DNA of 18,944 bases from Methanothrix sp. (GCA_037128175.1 JBAXWY010000051.1:1-18944), one strand, 5' to 3'; shown: positions 1-8,089, numbered from the stretch's first letter. Translations and numbers: made by a program. The notes: generated by a model not told the origin, from the sequence alone.

Positions 1-724
1 CTTCCATCTGGGCGATCTCAGCCTCGTGGTGAGGGAAGATCAGGTCCATAGCTCCGCCATGGATATCGTACTGCGCTCCGAAGTAGGTCTCGGTAATAGC
101 CGTATCCTCGATATGCCATCCGGGCCGACCTTTGCCCCAGGGCGAGTCCCAGGTCACCTCAACTCCATCTTGCCGCTTCTTCCAGAGCGAGAAGTCTCCC
201 GGATTTTTCTTGGTCGGGTCCGGCTCAATTCTGTGCTTCATTAGATCCTCAACACTCTGATGCGACAGCTTGCCAAAATCCTGGAAACGAGACTCATCGA
301 AATAGATGCCGCTCTGTGTCTCATAAGCAAAGCCCTTCTCGATCAATCTCTCGATCTGGCTGATGATCTCTGGGACATGCTCGGTGGCGCGAGCATAATA
401 GTTGACGTTTGTGACGCCCAGCGCATGCATGTCCTCCAGGTATCTCTGCTCGAACCTCCTGGCCAGCGACCGGGGCGATGCACCCGCCTCTGCAGCTCTC
501 TGGATGATCTTGTCGTCTACATCGGTGATATTCTGCAGGTAGAAGACGCTAAAGCCCTTGTATTTGAGATAGCGTGCCACCACATCAAAGGCGATGTAGG
601 TTCTGGCATGACCTATATGCGAATTGTCATAGACAGTGGGACCGCAGACAAATAAATTGATGCGATTATTATGTATGGGCTGGAAATTCTCTTTATTTCC
701 AGTCATGGTACTTTGGATTTTCAT
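1..724 (-). CDS. cysS: Cysteinyl-tRNA synthetase (class I), N-terminal ~241 aa; runs off the left edge
   Basis: Manual translation of the minus strand from ATG at 724: MKIQSTMTG...LFVCGPTVYDNSHIGHARTYIAFD...NITDVDDKII...ARATEHV...KKNPGDFSLWK...WDSPWGKGRPGWHIEDTAI...YDIHGGAMDLIFPHHEAEIAQME. It contains the CGPTVY, HIGH, DIHGG and FPHHE motifs. The ORF track misses it because there is no stop codon in the window. Confidence 0.98.
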   Translation of the reverse strand, partial: MKIQSTMTGNKENFQPIHNNRINLFVCGPTVYDNSHIGHARTYIAFDVVARYLKYKGFSVFYLQNITDVDDKIIQRAAEAGASPRSLARRFEQRYLEDMHALGVTNVNYYARATEHVPEIISQIERLIEKGFAYETQSGIYFDESRFQDFGKLSHQSVEDLMKHRIEPDPTKKNPGDFSLWKKRQDGVEVTWDSPWGKGRPGWHIEDTAITETYFGAQYDIHGGAMDLIFPHHEAEIAQME

Positions 725-726
725 GA

Positions 727-797
727 GGCCGGGGTCGGGAGTCGAACCCAATTCTCGCGGTCTGCAGCCGCGCACTTAGCCGGTCAGTCACCCCGGC
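727..797 (-). tRNA. tRNA-Cys (anticodon GCA), atypical; CCA not encoded
   Basis: Minus strand folds as GCCGGGG-TG-ACTG-ACCGGCT-AAGT-G-CGCGG-CT GCA GA-CCGCG-AGAA-TTGGG-TTCGACT-CCCGA-CCCCGGC-C. It has a perfect 7-bp acceptor stem, a 5-bp anticodon stem, a TTCGA T-loop and G37. Confidence 0.92.
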
Positions 798-875
798 ACC
801 TCTGCTTCTCATCTATTGCATAAGATGCACTAATACTTACGGATTGCGGCAATGAACCCCCCTGGCAAAAAGTCG

Positions 876-953
876 TCTCCGTTCGTTCGTCCTTCGTGCG
901 CTCTCGCCTCTGCGGTTGTATTCCGTAACCGCCTTGGTTTAATTATTCAGCTA
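876..953. repeat. Copy A of a ~75-bp dispersed intergenic element (CTCTG-type ~9-mer iterations + AT-rich block)
   Basis: tctccgttcgttcgtccttcgtgcgctctcgcctctgcggttgtattccgtaaccgccttggtttaattattcagcta aligns end to end with 14111-14188. Confidence 0.85.
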
Positions 954-1010
954 CGAATGCATTCGCCTTATTTTTCTCTATAATTGTACACGGTATAAAT
1001 TTCCTGCACC

Positions 1011-3626
1011 CTAGCCGCCCAACTTTCGAGGTGTGACTGTCTTTTCCTGCCCGACGGTGCTGTTAATTTTTCCCAGAACCACGTTGGCGTTTGTGCCATT
1101 GACTGAGGCTACCCGAATGTCAGAAGACTTCTTTTTCATAAGCTCATCTATCTGCTGATCTATCTCGGAGATAAGAGAGAAAACCGCATCCATAGAGCTG
1201 TCAAAGGAATCCTCAGAGGCATGCTTGCCGTCTCTGGCCAAAACCCGGATTTTGTAGTCTCCTGGAGCCAGATCCCGAGAGGACCATTTCCAGCTTGCAA
1301 GCTCTGACCATCTGCCCATATCCCTGCCATTGAGCTGGAATTTGTAGAGGATTTTGTCGCCTTCCGGATCCTGAGCCTTTGCCTTCCAGATCACTGTCGC
1401 ACCCTGGACCTGTGGACTGGCAATATCCGGCACAAGGGACTTCAAGACCGGCGGCTGATTGGAGTCTACAATAGTAATAGCGATGATCGCGTCTTTGAAG
1501 CTGTCAAATGAATCCTCAGGGGCATGCCTGCCATCCCTGGCCTGAACTATAATCCTATATTCACCGGGCGTGACGGAAGATGTATCCCATACCCAGGAAT
1601 TCGATGACGACCATTCCCTGACTTCTTTGTCATTGGCCAGGAATTTGTAGGAGATCTCGTCACCATCAGGATCAACGGCAATCGCGGTCCAGGTTATGAC
1701 GCTGCCTCTGGCCTGAGGACTGGACCGGTCCACTTTTAGCGCTGTGACTTCCGGGATATTATTGGGCAGCAGCAGAGTAAATGTGCCATCCATAGAGCTG
1801 TCAAAGGCATCCTTCGATGCGTGGAAATCGTCCTTAGCCAATACGGCAATCCTATAGTCTCCAGGCTTTTCCAAAGAGGTATCCCAGACCCAGGAGTTGG
1901 ACGTTGACCAGCCGGTCACACCTTCGTCGTTCTTCATAAACTTATAGTAAATCGTGTCGTTATCCGGATCGTTGGCGCTGGCCGTCCAGGTTATCATGAC
2001 GCCTTTGCTCTGAGGACTGGCCTTGTCCGATTTGAGCTGCTGTAGAACTGGAGCCTGGTTGGGGCGACTTAAGGTGAAGCTCACGTTTATAATGCTATCA
2101 AATGAATCCAAAGAGGCGTGCTTGCCATCTATTGCTAGAACTGTGATCTGATAGTCTCCCGCCGGCAAGCCTTGAGATAGCCAGCTCCAGCTATTGGTCT
2201 TGGACCATTTCCTCACTTCCTGGCCATCCAGGAAAAACCTGTAAAGGATTTTATCGCCCTCTTCATCTGTTGCCTCTGCCTTCCAGAAGATTGCCGCCCC
2301 CTGTTGCTGGGGGCTGGCTCTATCAGGCACCAGGGCCTTCAGGACAGGGAGCCGATTGGAATTGGCAATTCCTTGCCCTTGAGACTCATCAATCTTTATA
2401 ACGGATTGTTTGACGGCGCGAGATAGGTTGGATTCACTAGATTTAGACGATTTATTAGACATGATAGGCGGCTTGGATGCAACTAATTTCGAAGAGGTAT
2501 TTGCGTCTAACGAGGGAGCTCTCACTGGCGCTGCAGAAGCTTGTACATATGTCAAGTTCTCTGCAGTAGCAGCTTTAGTCTTCTCTTGCGTGCCGGACCT
2601 ATTTAGAGTCAGATTATCCTTCAAAACATCTTTTCCGGCAATTGAGGTGTTGTTCTGCACTTTGCTGATTGCTGTGCTGACTGCTGCGCTGGTCGCATTT
2701 GGAGGAGAACTTGCCGTTTTTACGGGCTGCAAAGCCTTCTTAGATGCGGGCTTTTTAGCTGCAGTTTGACTACTATCCGATGAGCTGCCGCCCCCATTAC
2801 CGATTACCTTGCTTTTAGCTTCAAAAATTACGGAAGAATTGTTCTTATTGGTATTGATCTTTGTGGAGTTTATATTGAATATTGTAGAATTGATACCAGT
2901 TGAGTTCACGACTTTAGATTTACTGCTTGACGGATCGGAATTATTTAAGGAGTAATTCAGTGGCTTTTTTTCATAATTTATTATCCTTGTCTTGGTGAAT
3001 AGCTTTTTTCCTTCCTCTAAATATGAAGATAGAGGGCTTAATGCTTCTTGGGGCCATGTGACCTCAAGCTTTGTGGTCGCTTCGCCGGAAGAACTCTGAT
3101 ATGAGACAAAGGCAAAAGCCAGGGCAGCTATTAAACATACCGCCAACAGGAGGATTACCAGTGCGGCACGCCTGCTCCTGATGTTTGCCCAGTAAATGCG
3201 GGGAAAGGCCCGCGCCGATCCTAGTCCCCTCTTTGGCAAAAGAAGAAATCTTCTCTTGCGGGGCAGATTCGACCAGCGGCCATAGGCCACCGCCGCCAGT
3301 AATATGGCCAGAAGAGAGATAATTGTGGCTAAAGACGAAACCTGCAGTCCTCGGGGAGTAGCCGTCAAAATGAAGCTGAATAGCCCGGCTAGCATTGCAG
3401 AAAAGGCCAGACAGAGAAATATGCGCCTGTGCCCACATAGGTCGCTTTTGCCGGGAAATAACGATAGTGTGGCAAGATATCCGGAAATGAGGAGCACGAA
3501 AATAAGGGCGGGGAGCGATAGGATGCCCTGCAAGGATGAGGGCGACAAATGGACTAGGGCCAAAGCTATTAACGGGATCAACACAGAAATAATTAGATGC
3601 CAGGGCGGTGGCCAGGCCAGCCTCAT
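1011..3626 (-). CDS. Membrane-anchored surface protein: N-terminal DUF1616-like multi-TM region, Ser/Asn/Ala/Lys-rich linker, four tandem Ig/PKD-like beta-sandwich repeats
   Basis: 871-aa ORF with about five hydrophobic helices in the first ~175 aa (SGYLATLSLFPGKSDL...R, typical of archaeal DUF1616). The linker has many N-x-S/T sequons, and four ~99-aa repeats follow. A purine-rich SD (GAGGAAGGA) lies upstream. Confidence 0.8.
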   Translation of the reverse strand: MRLAWPPPWHLIISVLIPLIALALVHLSPSSLQGILSLPALIFVLLISGYLATLSLFPGKSDLCGHRRIFLCLAFSAMLAGLFSFILTATPRGLQVSSLATIISLLAILLAAVAYGRWSNLPRKRRFLLLPKRGLGSARAFPRIYWANIRSRRAALVILLLAVCLIAALAFAFVSYQSSSGEATTKLEVTWPQEALSPLSSYLEEGKKLFTKTRIINYEKKPLNYSLNNSDPSSSKSKVVNSTGINSTIFNINSTKINTNKNNSSVIFEAKSKVIGNGGGSSSDSSQTAAKKPASKKALQPVKTASSPPNATSAAVSTAISKVQNNTSIAGKDVLKDNLTLNRSGTQEKTKAATAENLTYVQASAAPVRAPSLDANTSSKLVASKPPIMSNKSSKSSESNLSRAVKQSVIKIDESQGQGIANSNRLPVLKALVPDRASPQQQGAAIFWKAEATDEEGDKILYRFFLDGQEVRKWSKTNSWSWLSQGLPAGDYQITVLAIDGKHASLDSFDSIINVSFTLSRPNQAPVLQQLKSDKASPQSKGVMITWTASANDPDNDTIYYKFMKNDEGVTGWSTSNSWVWDTSLEKPGDYRIAVLAKDDFHASKDAFDSSMDGTFTLLLPNNIPEVTALKVDRSSPQARGSVITWTAIAVDPDGDEISYKFLANDKEVREWSSSNSWVWDTSSVTPGEYRIIVQARDGRHAPEDSFDSFKDAIIAITIVDSNQPPVLKSLVPDIASPQVQGATVIWKAKAQDPEGDKILYKFQLNGRDMGRWSELASWKWSSRDLAPGDYKIRVLARDGKHASEDSFDSSMDAVFSLISEIDQQIDELMKKKSSDIRVASVNGTNANVVLGKINSTVGQEKTVTPRKLGG
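1175..2360 (-). repeat. Four intragenic tandem repeats of ~297-303 bp (~99 aa)
   Basis: Repeats start near 2357, 2060, 1763 and 1460. Consensus: NxxP.l..L..D..SPQ..G..I.W.A.A.DpeGD.I.YkF...g.ev..WS..nSW.W.t....pGdY.I.VlA.DG.HA..DsFDS. Confidence 0.93.
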
Positions 3627-3665
3627 ATTCCTTATCCTTCCTCAATTACTGATAAAACCTTTTTC

Positions 3666-4451
3666 CTACGATCTTTTGTCGATCTCGATCTCAATGCCCA
3701 CCGGACAGTGATCGGCGCCTGTGACATCTTTAAGGATAAACGCCGACGAGACGGCACCTCCCAGATTTTCACTCACGAAGAAGTAGTCGATCCTCCAGCC
3801 CACGTTTCTCTCGCGAGCTCTTGTCTTCAGATCCCACCAGGAGTAGTTCTCACCCTTTGCATGAAAGATACGAAATGTGTCTAAAAAGCCCTTTCCTACC
3901 AGCAGGTCCATCCAGGCCCTCTCCTCCGGCAAGAATCCTGAGATCTTCTCGTTGGCCTTGGGCCGGGCCAGATCGATCTCCTTGTGGGCAGTATTGATGT
4001 CCCCGCAAATCACAATCCTCCTACCATCGGCCTTGAGCCTATCGATGTGCTCTAAAAAAAGATCATAGAACTTCAGCTTGTACTCCAGCCGCTCCGGGGA
4101 GGCTTTGCCGTTGGGAAAGTAAACATTGAAGAGCAAGAACAGTCCATAATCGGCCACAATAGCTCGATGTTCGTCATCAAAGCCTTCGAAACCCAGAGTG
4201 TATTTTACGCTCAGGGGCTCTGTTTTAGAGAAGAGAGCCACTCCGTCCCGCCCTTTTCTCTCCCCCGTGCCGAAGTAGGAAAAGTAGCCCTGCATGCATT
4301 TTAACTCAGCAGGAACCTGATCGGCAGCCACCTTGGTCTCTTGCAGGCAGAGCACATCAGGCAGATCTCTTCTAAGCCAATCAACAAAGCCCTTTTTATA
4401 AATGGCTCTCAGACCGTTCACATTCCAGGAGAGAAGTCGCAAGGTTGGCAT
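3666..4451 (-). CDS. xth: Exodeoxyribonuclease III / AP endonuclease (ExoIII family)
   Basis: Motifs LSWNVNGLRA, LCLQETK, VYFPNG, CGDINTAH, SGFLPEER, YSWW, GWRIDYF and DHCPV. Start moved to ATG 4451 (MPTLRLLSWN) because the longer ORF overlaps the upstream gene. Confidence 0.96.
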   Translation of the reverse strand: MPTLRLLSWNVNGLRAIYKKGFVDWLRRDLPDVLCLQETKVAADQVPAELKCMQGYFSYFGTGERKGRDGVALFSKTEPLSVKYTLGFEGFDDEHRAIVADYGLFLLFNVYFPNGKASPERLEYKLKFYDLFLEHIDRLKADGRRIVICGDINTAHKEIDLARPKANEKISGFLPEERAWMDLLVGKGFLDTFRIFHAKGENYSWWDLKTRARERNVGWRIDYFFVSENLGGAVSSAFILKDVTGADHCPVGIEIEIDKRS

Positions 4452-4456
4452 TGCAT

Positions 4457-4849
4457 CTAGGAAATGTTGACTGGGAATATCTTTCTCTCTTCTACGGTGC
4501 TGTTCTTCCAGGGCTGGAGCAAGAGCATGATAACATCCGTGCTGCCGGACTTTTTGGCGCTGAATACAAAGAGCTTTTTGCCGGGCACACCAACCCACCC
4601 CGGCAATGCATTGCCAGACTGTTCGGATGCGTCAACAAGGCTCAGGTACTCGGCATCGAACTGGTTCCACCATTCAAAGCCTGTTGAGCCGGCGTTGGAC
4701 TCCAACTCGATGGTAAAATTCTCTCCAACCGTGACATTGACCGCATCTTCGCAGGGGGCATTGTCGCAGATGCTGCCGGCAGAAGTTGTGGCCAAGGCTA
4801 ATAAGACGGCTGCGACAACAGCCAGAAATATGCTCGCTAGTCTCTTCAT
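4457..4849 (-). CDS. Secreted protease inhibitor I42 (chagasin) family protein
   Basis: Signal peptide MKRLASIFLAVVAAVLLALA, then VNVTVGENFTIELESNAGSTGFEW, VGVPGKKLFVFSAKKSG and QPWK, matching the chagasin NPxTGYxW / GxGG / RPW loops. Start set at ATG 4849. Confidence 0.88.
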   Translation of the reverse strand: MKRLASIFLAVVAAVLLALATTSAGSICDNAPCEDAVNVTVGENFTIELESNAGSTGFEWWNQFDAEYLSLVDASEQSGNALPGWVGVPGKKLFVFSAKKSGSTDVIMLLLQPWKNSTVEERKIFPVNIS

Positions 4850-4943
4850 GTTATATGCCTCAAGTCTAATAGGAAATACGGAATACTTGTATGCAAACAT
4901 TATATTTAGATCTATTGAGTGCAGAGCGAAAGTAATCATCTCT

Positions 4944-5618
4944 TTACTCGCAGTATCCGTATTCATTGCATGGCTCAGAGCAGCATTTGTCTTTGCAGGA
5001 ATACTGCCACGATAAACATGTTTCTGGTGGGGTGCAGATATTCCTATAATTAGGCATCAATTGTATGGATTTAAATACATCAATAAGCATCTGGGCATCC
5101 ATATCGAATTGATCCGCTGGGGCAAAGATCCCGGCGACAAATTCCACGGTTGTACCATAACCCATCAGCTCATTTGTTACAACTGTAAAAGAGCCTCTTG
5201 CGGGGATGCCGTTAACTGCGAACGAACAGCTCATTGACTTTCCAGAAGCCATAAAGCCGGTATACGAAGCAAACGCATTTGCTAAATCCTGATTATCTTC
5301 GTATCCGATGATTCTCATGTCTGTTACCCGGCTTTCGCCGAGACTGAAATCCTGTGGCATATAATTCTCCAAGTAAGTCTTTGGAGTGGTATACGCCGGT
5401 AGCATATTGAAGCCTTGATGTAAACGGTTCAGGGCAATTATCCCCCTTGCCGGGTTAGTAGAATCTGATGCAGATATCCCGCAGCATCCCACGCCAACAA
5501 TGCTCCAGCCCTCCGGCGCAGAAATGGTATAATATACCTCTCCCATGGGACAATCTATGTCTCCAATGCATGTGCCCGCCGTCGCCATCAGAAGCATCAA
5601 TGATAATAAATATTTCAA
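4944..5618 (-). CDS. Secreted hypothetical protein with Cys-rich C-terminal tail
   Basis: 224-aa ORF with a TTG start preceded by AGGAGG and a signal peptide. It has a YTISAPEGW motif and the tail CTPPETCLSWQYSCKDKCCSEPCNEYGYCE. Confidence 0.82.
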   Translation of the reverse strand: MKYLLSLMLLMATAGTCIGDIDCPMGEVYYTISAPEGWSIVGVGCCGISASDSTNPARGIIALNRLHQGFNMLPAYTTPKTYLENYMPQDFSLGESRVTDMRIIGYEDNQDLANAFASYTGFMASGKSMSCSFAVNGIPARGSFTVVTNELMGYGTTVEFVAGIFAPADQFDMDAQMLIDVFKSIQLMPNYRNICTPPETCLSWQYSCKDKCCSEPCNEYGYCE

Positions 5619-5664
5619 GGGTCTATCCTCCTATTATTGCCTGTGGATTTCATATATGCGATTA

Positions 5665-5690
5665 CGTGCGAGGGATGAGAACCCCGCACG
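5665..5690. other. Intergenic hairpin (possible terminator/processing signal)
   Basis: CGTGCG-A-GGG-ATGAGAA-CCC-CGCACG lies between two co-directional genes, with no clear U-tract. Confidence 0.35.
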
Positions 5691-5733
5691 CTAAAGGATG
5701 TTATGCAACTGTTTTCTTACAGGAGTAGGCCGT

Positions 5734-7329
5734 TCACCAGTCGGCTATCCATGTTCCGCTCCAGGTGGCGCCATTCCAGTTCCAGGTGACACTGCCACCC
5801 ACATGGTTGCCTGTCAGTACGCCTTCATATCTGGCTGTCAATCCTGCGGATGACCCTGCTATGTCCTGGCGAGTAATTACTACGGCATTGTTATCGAACT
5901 GCTCAACATTCAAAGTTGCCTCTGCCCCATTATCCCAGACCGCATTGATCTGGCTTCCTTGCACAGTCCACGTACCGCAGATCTCAGATGTATACGTCTC
6001 GCATTCTTGCAGGCTATTGGGAACCGAAATGCTTGGTTTGGATTGAACGGTATTAGAAAAGTCGTCAACTTTATCATTTCCTTCGGGGCTGACGTATGTC
6101 GAACCTCCTGTTGTCTGGCCGATCGTCGTTATCGGTCCTATTCCGTTTGAGCTTACCCCTACTTGCTGACCGCTGCCAAGGGTGAAAGGTGCCTGGTTAG
6201 CAGGCTGTACGAGGAGCGAGTTTTGATATGCAGTCACAAAACTCGTATCGCTGTCCGGATCGTAGGCGACCCCGAAGGTGTTCCGACCCTCTGATCGAAC
6301 GGTTGTCGTTGGAGTGTTTACATCCAAGGAGACTTGATCGTTTACCACTTCTGCGCGAAGAGGGCCTTGTTGCAGCTCTATTTTCATTTCGACAGGAGAG
6401 CGTGTGCTGGTGAGTACGCCGTCGAAATCTGCAACTTTTCCTAGATAATTCTCGCTAAGCAATTCAGAGCAACCGAGGTTTTTCATGGCGACCAGCAAGG
6501 ATAGTACGTGAAATTGGACGCCTACATCCAAATAATAGAAATCACTATAAGCTAGTCTAATCAGATCCAGCTTAGCAGCTAAATTATCACATTTTGCCCT
6601 GATTTCCGCCTGCCCACCGGATTGAAGGGTAACTTTTGTCTTGTCTCCTAGCTTCGCAGACGTGGTGCCCTGCATAGTCGCCACTTCGATCCGACCTGAG
6701 GATTCGCCGCTAGTCCCGGATTCGCTCGTGATAGGCACACAATTCAGGCCATTCGAATCGAATTCGTAACCTTTTTCGCAGACGCAATTGCAGTAGGGAT
6801 ATTCATCCTTTCCGTTCCATATAGCATTGCGGGCCTTGCATTCAGCTGGGCAATATTGGGCAGCATTAGCAGAAGTGTTTAGGTTCTCGGGTTTTGTCGC
6901 CATATCTTTGCAGTTGAACTCGCCTAAGCTACTGTCTTTGGTCTTTCCGCTTGCAGCAGCACAAACCTCTCTGGGGGTATTAAATGATCCCAGGGCTTGG
7001 TCAATGCTATAAGTGAAAGTTCCGCCCATGCCATCTGGAAGTTCTATGAACCCATTTTTAGGTTGATTTGAATGCAAGAACCACCAGTCGTCGCTACGGG
7101 GACCGTCCATTGTGCCGTGCCCTGTAGCATGAAGCAAGTATTGCGGCGAGCTGAAAGGCTTGTCCCAGATAGAATTCTCATCGGCTGGTTGCGAGCCTGC
7201 AAGCTGCAACAATATCAGAGACGTAACAAAGAAGATTATGAAGATAAGCATCGCATTGTTTCCCAATAATCGGCGCTTATTAAAGCAAAACTTCAGTTTG
7301 CCTAACAGATTCTCAATAACCCTGTTCAT
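5734..7329 (-). CDS. Secreted/anchored multidomain protein: Cys-rich EGF-like segment, FecR-like domain, C-terminal beta-rich domain
   Basis: Long ORF with hydrophobic signal MLIFIIFFVTSLILLQLAGS. CNCVCEKGYEFDSNGLNC is EGF-like, and ELQQGPLRAEV...VNTPTTTVRSEGRNTFGVAYD...FTLGSGQQVGV resembles FecR. Start is uncertain (7344 TTG, 7329 ATG or 7251 ATG). Confidence 0.75.
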   Translation of the reverse strand: MNRVIENLLGKLKFCFNKRRLLGNNAMLIFIIFFVTSLILLQLAGSQPADENSIWDKPFSSPQYLLHATGHGTMDGPRSDDWWFLHSNQPKNGFIELPDGMGGTFTYSIDQALGSFNTPREVCAAASGKTKDSSLGEFNCKDMATKPENLNTSANAAQYCPAECKARNAIWNGKDEYPYCNCVCEKGYEFDSNGLNCVPITSESGTSGESSGRIEVATMQGTTSAKLGDKTKVTLQSGGQAEIRAKCDNLAAKLDLIRLAYSDFYYLDVGVQFHVLSLLVAMKNLGCSELLSENYLGKVADFDGVLTSTRSPVEMKIELQQGPLRAEVVNDQVSLDVNTPTTTVRSEGRNTFGVAYDPDSDTSFVTAYQNSLLVQPANQAPFTLGSGQQVGVSSNGIGPITTIGQTTGGSTYVSPEGNDKVDDFSNTVQSKPSISVPNSLQECETYTSEICGTWTVQGSQINAVWDNGAEATLNVEQFDNNAVVITRQDIAGSSAGLTARYEGVLTGNHVGGSVTWNWNGATWSGTWIADW

Positions 7330-7407
7330 ACCGGTCAACCCCAACGAGAATGTCTTTGACTTGCATAGCCCCTTCTAGTGGACTATAATCCTAATAGTAG
7401 TCATATG

Positions 7408-7477
7408 TATTTAAATCGACCTCCTGTTCGAATTATGATTTAGGAAATCTATATTTTTTGATCACCAAATATAAATA
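7408..7477. promoter_or_regulatory. Divergent archaeal TATA boxes
   Basis: TTTAAATA on the minus strand at 7408-7415, and TATAAATA on the plus strand at 7470-7477, about 29 nt before ATG 7506. Confidence 0.5.
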
Positions 7478-7505
7478 TTCCGCCGTCCTGTTCATATTGA
7501 GTTTT

Positions 7506-8033
7506 ATGAGGCAGTTTGCAAAGCCGAAGGTAGTTATCAGCAAGTGCATCGAGTTTGACCATTGCCGATATGATGGCAGCATGATCCCCAGTGATTTCGT
7601 CAACGCTCTCAAGCCCTATGTGGATTTCCTTCCGGTTTGCGCCGAAATGGAAACGGGTCTAGCAGTTCCCAGAGATACGGTGAGGATAGTATCGGTTGAT
7701 GGTGAGATTCGGCTCATGCAGCCGGCCACAAACCTGGATGTGACAGACAAAATGAGGGACTTTTCCAGCCGCTTCCTGGCCTCTTTGCCAGAGGTGGATG
7801 GATTCATTCTCAAGTATCGCTCGCCCTCTTGCGGCATGAAGGATATCAAGGTCTATTCTTCCGCAACCGGAGCGGGAGCTATATCGAAAGCATCAGGATT
7901 CTTTGGAGGTGCAGTGGTAAGTTCATTTCCCGATCTTGCCATTGAAGACGAAGGCAGGCTGAGAAATTTTAACATCAGGGATTCGCAATGCGAATGGGCG
8001 GGAGAAGAGCTCTTCTTAGGTCGAGGGATATAA
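7506..8033 (+). CDS. DUF523 (2-thiouracil desulfurase/TudS-like Fe-S) domain protein, possibly a truncated DUF523-DUF1722 (YbgA) fusion
   Basis: Motifs ISKCIEFDHCRYDG, PVCAEMETGLAVPR, GFILKYRSPSCG, GFFG and EDEGRL. The recognisable sequence ends at EDEGRLRNFNIR. Confidence 0.85.
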   Translation: MRQFAKPKVVISKCIEFDHCRYDGSMIPSDFVNALKPYVDFLPVCAEMETGLAVPRDTVRIVSVDGEIRLMQPATNLDVTDKMRDFSSRFLASLPEVDGFILKYRSPSCGMKDIKVYSSATGAGAISKASGFFGGAVVSSFPDLAIEDEGRLRNFNIRDSQCEWAGEELFLGRGI

Positions 8034-8089
8034 AGAAGGAAAAATGCATATTTGCTGATAACATAATTGACTAATAGGAGGAAATTGCT

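Noticed and set aside
26-655. Plus-strand ORFs 26..244 and 260..655
   Set aside because: They are antisense shadows of cysS, which has unambiguous motifs on the minus strand.
727-797. tRNA-Sec or 8/4-fold selC*-type tRNA
   Set aside because: The variable loop is only 4 nt and an ordinary 7/5 fold fits well.
4452-4598. N-terminal extension of xth given in the ORF track
   Set aside because: It overlaps the chagasin-like gene, and ExoIII homology begins at Met 4451.
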